Origin: an uncultured Candidatus Saccharibacteria bacterium
GTDB taxonomy: Bacteria; Patescibacteriota; Minisyncoccia; Phycocordibacterales; UBA9973
Assembly: GCA_964553015.1 (NCBI GenBank)
Contig: CAZKJE010000001.1
Span: 6,110-70,109, forward strand
Length of the DNA stretch: 64,000 nucleotides
Direction: 5' to 3'
The notes under the pieces are model-generated. The model worked only from the letters and a program-made list of their open reading frames with translations, had not been told where the DNA came from and searched no databases. This document shows positions 38,006 to 46,620 of the stretch, one piece after another (the first letter of the stretch is position 1; each line of letters starts with the position of its first letter). The position numbers were made by a program, and so were the translations under genes.

Positions 38006-38671
38006 ATGAGAAACATAAAAATAGCGCCTGGTGAATATTACCACGTTTTCAATCGTGGAATGAGCAAGCAAACAATTTTCCATGATAATCGTGATCGAGT
38101 GCGATTTCTTTTTTTAATTTTATACTTTCAATCCCCTCTTATTCTGCAAAACATAGGCCGTTCTATAAAATCATTTGTTCAACACTCGGTGTTTAACATT
38201 GATCAAGAAATTATGCAGACAATAATCAAGGGTAGATTCGTAGAACTTACTTCTTTTTGCCTGATGCCGAATCATTTTCATTTAATTATAAAAGAGGTTG
38301 AAGAAAATGGTATAGCTAGATATATGCAAAGAGTCTTGAATAGTTATACTAAATATTATAATACAAAATACAAAAAATCAGGGCATCTTTTTCAGGGTCC
38401 ATATAAAGCCGTTCACGTAAAAAATAATAATCAACTTTTATATTTATCTTCATATGTTCACAGAAATCCGAGAGAACTAAAAGATTGGTTTAATAAAGAA
38501 GATAGTTATGAGTGGTCAAGCTATAGAGATTTTGTGAAAAATAACAGATTTAAAAAATTGCTTGTTTTTGATATTATACAGGAGCAATTTAAAAACAAAG
38601 AAGAATACGACCACTTCGTAAAAAGCAGCACAGCGAAATTATTAAAGGAGGAATTAGATTGGATAAGTTAA
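38006..38671 (+). CDS. tnpA: Y1 (HuH) transposase, IS200-like/REP-associated tyrosine transposase
   Basis: YHVFNRG N-terminal motif, HuH motif LMPNHFHLI, catalytic Tyr context SYVHRNP. 221 aa. Confidence 0.7.
   Translation: MRNIKIAPGEYYHVFNRGMSKQTIFHDNRDRVRFLFLILYFQSPLILQNIGRSIKSFVQHSVFNIDQEIMQTIIKGRFVELTSFCLMPNHFHLIIKEVEENGIARYMQRVLNSYTKYYNTKYKKSGHLFQGPYKAVHVKNNNQLLYLSSYVHRNPRELKDWFNKEDSYEWSSYRDFVKNNRFKKLLVFDIIQEQFKNKEEYDHFVKSSTAKLLKEELDWIS
38177..38197. repeat. REP-like hairpin copy (inverted orientation) inside the transposase ORF
   Basis: GTTCAACACTCGGTGTTTAAC is the reverse complement of the flanking repeat with a 1-nt difference. Confidence 0.6.
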
Positions 38672-38698
38672 ATTGTTTAACACCGAGTGTTGAACAAT

Positions 38699-39076
38699 CT
38701 ATTTAAATAAGTTCGCAAAAAAAGAGAAGAATCCCGACAGCGGAGACTTTTTTGGGGCTTCAGCTGGTTTCTGGTCTTCTACCACTACTATCATCTGCTC
38801 TCCTTCTTTTGCCAAACCGTAATTTTCGCGGAAAAATGCTTCTTTGCCCTCTTCGGTGTTTAAGCTTTCTATATCCAGTTCCAGTTTTTCTTTTTTATCC
38901 CGAAGCGCAGTAACTTTATCTTCAACTATTTTTTTATTATTTCCTGTTTCTTCCATTTTATTCCAAAACTTAAGTACGCTCCACGCAAATATCAATATCA
39001 AAATACCAAGAATAATCAAAACCGGCTTAGACTCTGCTACTTTTCTCCAGTTTATTTTTCGCTCGTAATTTCTCAT
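38699..39076 (-). CDS. Septum formation initiator (FtsB/DivIC-like)
   Basis: Single TM plus coiled coil, then EAFFRENYGLAKEGEQMIVV, a typical DivIC C-terminus. The ORF runs to 39208 but the Met at 39076 is the likely start. Confidence 0.5.
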   Translation of the reverse strand: MRNYERKINWRKVAESKPVLIILGILILIFAWSVLKFWNKMEETGNNKKIVEDKVTALRDKKEKLELDIESLNTEEGKEAFFRENYGLAKEGEQMIVVVEDQKPAEAPKKSPLSGFFSFFANLFK

Positions 39077-39209
39077 AAATATGCTATACTTCAGTATATG
39101 CTTTTCAATAAAAAACATCAAAAGAAGATACAGTTCGCCTGGGCGATAGTCAGCGTTTTGATCATCATAAGCATGATTTTGCTCTATTCGCCTATATTTA
39201 GGCTGCAAT

Positions 39210-39250
39210 AAAAACGACTAGGCAAGAAATCGTTTGGCCTAGTCGTTTTT
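39210..39250 (-). terminator. Rho-independent terminator after lepA
   Basis: aaaaacgactaggc-loop-gcctagtcgttttt, a 14-bp stem. The lepA stop codon lies in the 3' arm. Confidence 0.5.
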
Positions 39251-41089
39251 ATTGCCAGTACGCATCATCTTTAGGAATACATCTTGAGGAATGTTTACTT
39301 TGCCTCGCTCCTTCATTTTCTTCTTGCCTTTTTTCTGCTTCTCGCGAAGTTTCATCTTGCGGGTGATGTCGCCTCCGTACATATGCTGGGTAACATCTTT
39401 TTTCATACCGGACAGCGAGCGCGAAGAAATGATGCGCCCGAACGCTTTGCCTTGGATTTTCATGGTAAACATCTGACGCGGCAATAAACCTGCAAGCTTG
39501 GATACCGCATCCTCGGCTTCCTCTTCGGCGCGCTTTTTGGAAACCACTCTGGAAAAAGCCGGAACTAGTTCATCAGCGACGAGTAGATCCAAACGGGTGA
39601 CATTGGCCTCCCGCATTTCACCTATTTCATATGAAATAGAACCATAGCCGGAGGAAACACTTTTTAATTCATCAAAGAAATTCCGCATCAGCTCGCGCAA
39701 GGGCATTTTTACAGATACAATGGCACGATTGCCTGCCTGCCGGCCAGACAGGTCTCCGAAATTGTCCGTCTCGCCTATTTCTCCCTCATGGTCAAATAAA
39801 AGCTGCATGATGTTTCCTACGTATTCTATCGGAGTAATTATTTTTAAATTTACCCAAGGCTCAAATACGGTATCTATGTTTCCGTCGTCTGGAAAAAAGT
39901 ATGGCGAATATATTTTTTCTTTTTTGCCACTTATTAAAAGCACTTCATAAGTTATAGACGGCGTGGTGATGACGAGTTCCAGATTGAATTCTCTTTTTAG
40001 CCTTTCAGTAATAATTTCCAAATGCAGCATGCCGAGGAATCCGCAGCGGAATCCTTTGCCGAGAGAGCCGGAGGCTTCTTCTTCATAAGAAAATGCGGAG
40101 TCTGATAATTTTAATTTGCCCAAAGCCAGTTTTAATTCCGCAAAATCGTCCGCATCTTCTGGAAACACAGAGGCCCAAACCACAGGCAGAGGCTGCATGT
40201 ATCCCGGAAATGCCGGCAGCGGATTTTTAAACATGGTGATAGTGTCTCCGACGGAAGCTATGCCGGGCTTTTTTATGCCGGTAACTATATAACCTGTCTC
40301 TCCGCTATTTAAAGAATCTCTCGGAGTTTCTTCCGGAGAAAACGTGCCGACCTCCAGCGCTGAAAATTTTTCACCGGAAACTGCAAAAAGCAGCGTGTCT
40401 CCTTTTGCTACTTTTCCATCAAGCACCCTCACAAACACTATCACTCCTCTATGATTTGAATACTTGAAATCAAAAACGAGCGCTCTTAAAATGTTTTCGC
40501 CGTGGTGTGTTTCTTGGGGTTCCGGTACACGCTTTATGACTTCCTGCAATAGGTTTTCCACCCCCTCTCCTGTGCGTCCAGAAACAAGCAGTATGTCTTC
40601 CGGAGAGCAGTTTAAAAGCTTTACCACCTCTTCTTTTACGTCTTCTACCCGAGATAGCGGCGAATCTATCTTGGAAAGCACGGGAATGATTTTAAAGGGC
40701 TCCTCGCCCCGCCCAAGGCGGGGCAAGCGCGCCAGAGCAAGCGTGGTAAGGGTTTGAGCCTGCACACCCTGCGTAGAGTCTATGAGCAATATAGAGCCTT
40801 CCACGGCCTTTAGGGCGCGAGAAACCTCATAGGAAAAATCTATGTGTCCAGGAGTGTCTATAAGGTTTAAAATATACTTTTCCTCATTCATTTCGTACTC
40901 CATCCGCACGGGCTGCATCTTGATGGTAATGCCTCTTTCTCGCTCCAAATCCATAGAATCTAGAACTTGATCTCGCATTTTACGCGTTTCTATGGTGTGG
41001 GTAATTTCAAGCATTCTGTCGGCCAAGGTGCTCTTGCCGTGATCAATGTGCGCAATTATTGAAAAATTTCTGATGTGTTTTAGGTCCAT
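39239..41089 (-). CDS. lepA: Elongation factor 4
   Basis: N-terminus MDLKHIRNFSIIAHIDHGKSTLADR, EF4 domain order and the unique C-terminal domain. 616 aa. Confidence 0.9.
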   Translation of the reverse strand: MDLKHIRNFSIIAHIDHGKSTLADRMLEITHTIETRKMRDQVLDSMDLERERGITIKMQPVRMEYEMNEEKYILNLIDTPGHIDFSYEVSRALKAVEGSILLIDSTQGVQAQTLTTLALARLPRLGRGEEPFKIIPVLSKIDSPLSRVEDVKEEVVKLLNCSPEDILLVSGRTGEGVENLLQEVIKRVPEPQETHHGENILRALVFDFKYSNHRGVIVFVRVLDGKVAKGDTLLFAVSGEKFSALEVGTFSPEETPRDSLNSGETGYIVTGIKKPGIASVGDTITMFKNPLPAFPGYMQPLPVVWASVFPEDADDFAELKLALGKLKLSDSAFSYEEEASGSLGKGFRCGFLGMLHLEIITERLKREFNLELVITTPSITYEVLLISGKKEKIYSPYFFPDDGNIDTVFEPWVNLKIITPIEYVGNIMQLLFDHEGEIGETDNFGDLSGRQAGNRAIVSVKMPLRELMRNFFDELKSVSSGYGSISYEIGEMREANVTRLDLLVADELVPAFSRVVSKKRAEEEAEDAVSKLAGLLPRQMFTMKIQGKAFGRIISSRSLSGMKKDVTQHMYGGDITRKMKLREKQKKGKKKMKERGKVNIPQDVFLKMMRTGNKND

Positions 41090-41096
41090 AAAATTA

Positions 41097-42857
41097 TTAT
41101 TCTAAAAATCCTCCGGTTTGATGATTCCAGAGTTCGGCATAAAAACCTTTCTTTTCTAAAAGTTCCTTGTGGGTTCCTTCTTCTACTATTTTACCAGCAT
41201 CAAGTACTATAATCCTATCCATTTTTTGTATAGTGGATAGCCTATGCGCTATAACTATCGTAGTCTTGCCCTTCATCAGTTCGTTAAAGGCATCCTGAAT
41301 ATAGGATTCGCTGATACTGTCGAGCGAGCTTGTGGCTTCATCCAAGACTAATATTGGCGAATCTTTAAGCATTGCCCGCGCTATTGCCACGCGTTGCCGC
41401 TCCCCGCCGGAAAGTTTTACGCCCCGTTCGCCGACCAAAGTGTCATAGCTATGAGGCAATTTTGAAATAAATTCATGTGCGTGCGCTTTTTTGGCAACAT
41501 TAATAATTTCTTCCATTGACGCTTCAGGTTTTCCATAAGAAATATTTTCCTTAATGGAACGATGAAATAAAAGTGGTTCTTGAGGCACATAAGAAATAGC
41601 ACTTCGAAGATTGTCCTGGGTCACATTTATTATATCTTGCCCGTCTATGGTTATACTTCCATTTGTTACATCATTCAGCCTAAGGAGAAGGCGGGTGATT
41701 GTTGATTTTCCAGCCCCAGAGTGCCCCACAATTCCCACTCTTTCTCCCGGTTGAATATCTAGATTAAAACTCGACAAAACTTCATCACCCACTTGATACT
41801 TAAAACTGATTTTGTCAAAAACAATTTTTCCTTCTTTCATCTTAAGTTTTTCCGGATTTATGGGGTCAACAATATCCTGCTTCAATTCAAAGATATCTAT
41901 GAGCTCGTTCATGTCCCCGGCGGATTTCATAAAGCTAGTTAGCGCGTTACTGAGATCCCATAGTCTAATCAGGATCAGCACTACATATCCCTGTATAATC
42001 ACTAGAGTACCGGTAGAAATTTCGCCCTTAATCCAAAAATAAATTAACACATATAAGAGAACCGCCTGTATTATAAAACTAAAAATACTCTGTATTATTT
42101 CGATTTTCCCGGCATAGTAAAGCGAGTCCTGGCTCCGTTTTGCACCCTCGTCGGTATACAGCTTGAAAGAAGAAATCTCTTTTTCCCGTGCTGAGAAAAA
42201 TTTCACTGCGGAAATATTACTAAACACATCGGCCAGTCTTCCACTAATCACCGAATCTTGTGCAGCCTCCAAAAGGTCAAATTTTATTTTCTTTTTTATA
42301 AAAAATAAGATTATTACCATATATATAAAAGTCACTCCGAAAAGAACAGAAGTAATCTTTGGGGATTCTTGAATCATAACCACAAATACCCCTATTAAAA
42401 TTATAAAAATTTGAAGGAAATTAAAAATAGCTATATCTAGCATCCGCTCAAACCCATTTATAAAACGCCTTACTTTGGTTACTAGACTTCCTGCAAAAGT
42501 ATTAGCAAAAAATGTTTGAGAATTGTTTTCAATTTTCTGAAACGCGTAATTTCGCAAATTTCGCGTAGTATTAATTAGGAAATCAAAATATAAAAATTGC
42601 CGTGCTCGCGCTGTAATGCTAACCAAAAAATGAAATATTATGATAATAAAGACCAAGATAAAAAGCTCTCGAGAGGCTAGGACAGGGTCCACTGCGGGAG
42701 CTGAAATAATGTTTATTATGTATTTAAAATATATAGGAATGATAATGAAATCAATTACCACCCTGACTGTAAAGAGAAATATGACAGCCAAAAAGGCCCA
42801 TTTCTGATCTCGCATTTGCGGCCACAAATATTTAGCTATCTTTTTCAATAAAGACAT
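41097..42857 (-). CDS. ABC transporter, fused permease/ATP-binding exporter (MsbA-like)
   Basis: Six-TM N-terminal domain, Walker A GHSGAGKST, signature LSGGERQR, Walker B ILVLDEATS. Confidence 0.8.
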   Translation of the reverse strand: MSLLKKIAKYLWPQMRDQKWAFLAVIFLFTVRVVIDFIIIPIYFKYIINIISAPAVDPVLASRELFILVFIIIIFHFLVSITARARQFLYFDFLINTTRNLRNYAFQKIENNSQTFFANTFAGSLVTKVRRFINGFERMLDIAIFNFLQIFIILIGVFVVMIQESPKITSVLFGVTFIYMVIILFFIKKKIKFDLLEAAQDSVISGRLADVFSNISAVKFFSAREKEISSFKLYTDEGAKRSQDSLYYAGKIEIIQSIFSFIIQAVLLYVLIYFWIKGEISTGTLVIIQGYVVLILIRLWDLSNALTSFMKSAGDMNELIDIFELKQDIVDPINPEKLKMKEGKIVFDKISFKYQVGDEVLSSFNLDIQPGERVGIVGHSGAGKSTITRLLLRLNDVTNGSITIDGQDIINVTQDNLRSAISYVPQEPLLFHRSIKENISYGKPEASMEEIINVAKKAHAHEFISKLPHSYDTLVGERGVKLSGGERQRVAIARAMLKDSPILVLDEATSSLDSISESYIQDAFNELMKGKTTIVIAHRLSTIQKMDRIIVLDAGKIVEEGTHKELLEKKGFYAELWNHQTGGFLE

Positions 42858-42906
42858 TCTTAAATGTTATCACAAAAAACCCTTATTTAAAAGCGTAGAA
42901 AAGATT

Positions 42907-44586
42907 TTAGAGCTCTTCGGCGGATGGGGCGATAATTTTTGCGCGCCAGAATTTGGTTTTTAGGGCTTTGATGAGATCGCTTAATTCTTGATTCTTAAGC
43001 AGGTACAAGACTACAAGAGCTGCCATGATTCCTATAATTCCAGAAATAAATCCTTGAAGAAATATGCCCCAGAATGTCGTCGTGCCGAAAACCGGAGAAA
43101 GAGCATTTAAGGATAAATAGGTTACCAGGCCCAGAAAAAAAGACCCGCCGAGACTCTGGAAAAATGTTTGAAATATAAAAGTCTCGTTCCGCATAAAATC
43201 TCTTCTGATAAAAATCCAATGCAGAATAAAATTGATAATAGTGCCGAGAGAGTATGCAAGAGGGAGCATCAAGATCTCGGTGCCGGGAATATCATTTACC
43301 TTCAGCAGGGATTCTATGAAATAGCGGAAGAAGAGAATATTTTTAAAAATATAAATAAATAGATAAGACAAAATAATAATAAGTATGGAACAAAGGAGAT
43401 TGATGATGAGAGGCCGCTTGGTGTCACCCGTAGCATAATATGCTCGTGAAAGCAGTGTAATCATTCCCTGGGCGAGAATGGATACGGAAAAAATAGCGAG
43501 ACACGCGGCTACAAGGCGGGTATTGTCCCAGGAGAAAGATCCGGAGCCGAGGATCACCCGCACTATCTGCGCCCGAAGCACGATGAAAAGAAATATTACC
43601 GGCAACGACCAGAACACGATTGCTCTCGCCGCTCCCTTTAGATGTTTTTTAAATTCATCTTTCTCTCCATTGCTGAAAGATTTTGCCAAAGTTGGAAATG
43701 CCGCGACAGCATATGATATGCCTATGATGTTAAGCGGGACTGACTGGAGATTGAATGAAAAATTAAACACGGAAATAGAACCGCTTTTAAAAAATGAAGC
43801 AAGGGAAATTATAAAAATGAGGGCAATATTATTAAAAGCAAGCCCGAGAGTCCGAGGCATCGAAGTCAAAGCCACATTCTTGATATCTTTGAAATTAATT
43901 GCAAAAGAAAACCTCGGAGTAAACCCGGAGCTGTGTGAGGCAAAGGCCTGGACAATGAAATGCATAAAAGCCCCCAATGCTACGCCCAGAGCCAGCCCGT
44001 AAATTCCAAAAATCGGATACAGAAATATCACGCCGATTATTATTCCGAAGTTATAAAAAATCGGGCTCAAAGAAAAAATAAAAAATTTGCGGAAAAGCTG
44101 GGTGACTGTCCCGAAAAGATTGGAAAGGCCCATCAGAATCGGCGAGAGCAGCATTATCCGGGAGAGCAGAACTACTTCGCTCTGAAATTCGCGGGTGAAG
44201 CCCGGCGCAATGTAAAAAATCAAATGGGGCATCAGGATAAATGCAAAGGAGGCGACCAGAACCATCAGGCTAAAAAAAACGGTGAAAATGTCGTTCAGGT
44301 ATTTCTTGGCCTCTGGCGTAATTTTATCTCCCGGCATTTTCGCCACCAGAAAAGGAATGATCACAGTGATGGAAGCAAGCGAGGCGACGCTGATGAAGAG
44401 AAGATCCGGCACGCGAAAAGCCGCATAGTAGGCATCCAGCGATGCGGATGGCCCGATAAAATGCGCAATAGAACGATCCCGAAAAAGCGCCAAAATCTGA
44501 GACAGCAAAGTAAGCGAACCTAAAAGGAGCGCCGCTTGGTTTATGCTGCCGGATTCTTTAGTAAAAATTCTTAGAATCTTCTCCAT
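42907..44586 (-). CDS. murJ: Lipid II flippase MurJ (MviN family)
   Basis: N-terminus LLLGSLTLLSQILALFRDRSIAHFIGPSASLDAYYAAFRVPDLLF and about 14 TM segments. 559 aa. Confidence 0.7.
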   Translation of the reverse strand: MEKILRIFTKESGSINQAALLLGSLTLLSQILALFRDRSIAHFIGPSASLDAYYAAFRVPDLLFISVASLASITVIIPFLVAKMPGDKITPEAKKYLNDIFTVFFSLMVLVASFAFILMPHLIFYIAPGFTREFQSEVVLLSRIMLLSPILMGLSNLFGTVTQLFRKFFIFSLSPIFYNFGIIIGVIFLYPIFGIYGLALGVALGAFMHFIVQAFASHSSGFTPRFSFAINFKDIKNVALTSMPRTLGLAFNNIALIFIISLASFFKSGSISVFNFSFNLQSVPLNIIGISYAVAAFPTLAKSFSNGEKDEFKKHLKGAARAIVFWSLPVIFLFIVLRAQIVRVILGSGSFSWDNTRLVAACLAIFSVSILAQGMITLLSRAYYATGDTKRPLIINLLCSILIIILSYLFIYIFKNILFFRYFIESLLKVNDIPGTEILMLPLAYSLGTIINFILHWIFIRRDFMRNETFIFQTFFQSLGGSFFLGLVTYLSLNALSPVFGTTTFWGIFLQGFISGIIGIMAALVVLYLLKNQELSDLIKALKTKFWRAKIIAPSAEEL

Positions 44587-44597
44587 CCTGTTCTCTT

Positions 44598-46574
44598 TTA
44601 CTGCTTAGGCTTATCGGGAGCTGGTTCCACTGCAGGTGCAGATAATTTGTTTTTTATAGAATTTACGTATTCAATTATATCTTTATTGTTCGGCATAAGG
44701 GCCAGAGCTTCTTTTGCATAAATTAAAGCTTCTTCTCCTTTTCCGTCGGCATATAAAGAATTTGCTATAGCAATTTTTAAGCCTGGGTTAAGCGGATTTA
44801 AATTGGAAGCATTTTGATACGCTAAAACGGCTTGGCTGTAGGCATCTTTAGTTCCGAGAGCTCCCACAGCCTGATACACAGAACCCAGTAGTTGGAAATT
44901 AAGGTAATTGGACGGATTATAAGAAACAGCCAATTGCGCGCTTTTTACGACTTGATCAAAGCTGGTCTGCAAATTTGCTTTTTCTTCGTCGGATAAATTG
45001 GAGCCCTTAGCAGCTATGGAATTTAATTCAAGAAGATATATCTGTGAATAAGTTCTTAAATATAAATCATTGGAGTACAGAGAAAGCGCTTTGCCTATAT
45101 TTTCTTGCGCCAGAGGAATAGTCTGTGCGGAGAGAGCCTTGCCGAAATATGAAATAGAAACAAAACGTTCCGTAAACTTAAAGGAAGCGGTGATAGAAGT
45201 GATGATTAAAAGAATCAGAACTAAAATGGAGAAAAAACTTTTTCGGTGGTCATTTAAGAACGAAATTGATAATTCCTTGCCGGAGTTTGAAACCGCTAGC
45301 CCAGCAAACACCCCCATAAATGCAAAAGCCAATAAAAAGATTACAACTCCGGTAGCGTAAAAGAACGAAGCGATAATCAAATAGAGCGATAACACGAAAA
45401 ATGCCATCATTTCCCAGTTGGCTCCATTTTTTATGCTAGAAAATACGGATTTAACTCCAGCTATCAGGAAGAGAACCAAGAAAACAAGCCAGGATAGGAT
45501 TCCTAAACCACCCGTAGTAGATAAAAGCGTGGGCAGTGCACCGAAACTAGAATCAAAAGAAACATCCCAAAATTGAGTATTGTTTATGACGGCAGGTTTG
45601 TAAAGAGACCAAGCTTCGCTGAATCTGTTTGGGCCGATTCCTAATAGAGGATGCTTCAAGAGGACACCTTTGGTTACAGCAAAAGTAGCGCTAATAGAGG
45701 GGCCAACTTCGGTATTAGAAATTTGCAGACGATCAGGAATGAAACTGCCGATAAATTGGCCGGAGATAAAGAAGAGCAAGGATATCATCACCACCACAAA
45801 AGAAATCGTCGGAAAAGGCTTCTTTTCAGCTTGCTCCCCTTCGCTTCTTTGCAGAGTAATTGAAACTTTATAAACAAAAATAATAAGACCGGAAATGCCA
45901 AGCAAAATCCAAACCAATGTAAAGTTTACGGAAGCTATGACAAACATCGAAAGCAAGATTAGTATTTGCAGGAAAACCTTTTCAAATTTTGAAATCGGGA
46001 AAAATTCTATAACTAATAGGAACATCAGGGCCGAAAATCCGGCAAATAGGCCTAGCGCATTCCAAGAACCGAGGACGTTCCCTGTTTTACCTGACAAAAT
46101 ACCCAACGAAAGAGTCTCGGGGAAAAAGAGATGGACAGTTTGAAAAATTAAAACTAAAGCGGAGGATAATATCGTTCCAAGCAGGAAAATTTTTGCTTGT
46201 TTGGTGTTTTTAAAAATAATGGAAGACATGAGCATCAAAACAAAAGCGGCAAAAATAAACCAGAAGCTGCCGACATCAAACATTGTCCCGAATAAAGACA
46301 CTTGCGGAGTTGAAGACAAAAGAGAAGAAAGTAAAAATATCAGAGAAATGCCCGCGCCGGAAAGTATTATCCAAGATTTTGGCAAGATAATATTTCCGTC
46401 CAAGAATTTGGCGATAGCCCAGAAAACTATACTGATGGCAAGCCCTAAAACCAAGAGCAGACCTTTGGAAGCCTCAACCGGAATGTTTGTAAAAGGAAGA
46501 GCAAAAAGAGGCAGCAACACTACTACTAAAAATAATGCTAAAAATGAAAGCTTATCAAATATGTTTGAATTCAT
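44598..46574 (-). CDS. Polytopic membrane protein with O-antigen ligase/polymerase-like core and C-terminal TPR repeats
   Basis: At least 10 TM helices, a large periplasmic loop, and C-terminal TPR-like repeats (ALSLYSNDLYLRTYSQI..., AQLAVSYNPSN...). 658 aa. Confidence 0.5.
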   Translation of the reverse strand: MNSNIFDKLSFLALFLVVVLLPLFALPFTNIPVEASKGLLLVLGLAISIVFWAIAKFLDGNIILPKSWIILSGAGISLIFLLSSLLSSTPQVSLFGTMFDVGSFWFIFAAFVLMLMSSIIFKNTKQAKIFLLGTILSSALVLIFQTVHLFFPETLSLGILSGKTGNVLGSWNALGLFAGFSALMFLLVIEFFPISKFEKVFLQILILLSMFVIASVNFTLVWILLGISGLIIFVYKVSITLQRSEGEQAEKKPFPTISFVVVMISLLFFISGQFIGSFIPDRLQISNTEVGPSISATFAVTKGVLLKHPLLGIGPNRFSEAWSLYKPAVINNTQFWDVSFDSSFGALPTLLSTTGGLGILSWLVFLVLFLIAGVKSVFSSIKNGANWEMMAFFVLSLYLIIASFFYATGVVIFLLAFAFMGVFAGLAVSNSGKELSISFLNDHRKSFFSILVLILLIITSITASFKFTERFVSISYFGKALSAQTIPLAQENIGKALSLYSNDLYLRTYSQIYLLELNSIAAKGSNLSDEEKANLQTSFDQVVKSAQLAVSYNPSNYLNFQLLGSVYQAVGALGTKDAYSQAVLAYQNASNLNPLNPGLKIAIANSLYADGKGEEALIYAKEALALMPNNKDIIEYVNSIKNKLSAPAVEPAPDKPKQ

Positions 46575-46620
46575 ATGACCCTATTATACTATGGGCTGTT
46601 AAAAAAATACAATAAAAAGA

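Larger units (their letters stand above)
37952..38698 (+). mobile_element. IS200/IS605-like (RAYT-like) Y1 transposase element bounded by 25-bp REP-like hairpin repeats
   Basis: Identical 25-mers TGTTTAACACCGAGTGTTGAACAAT at 37952..37976 and 38674..38698 flank the transposase ORF. The motif is an imperfect palindrome (AACAC-CGA-GTGTT). Confidence 0.65.
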
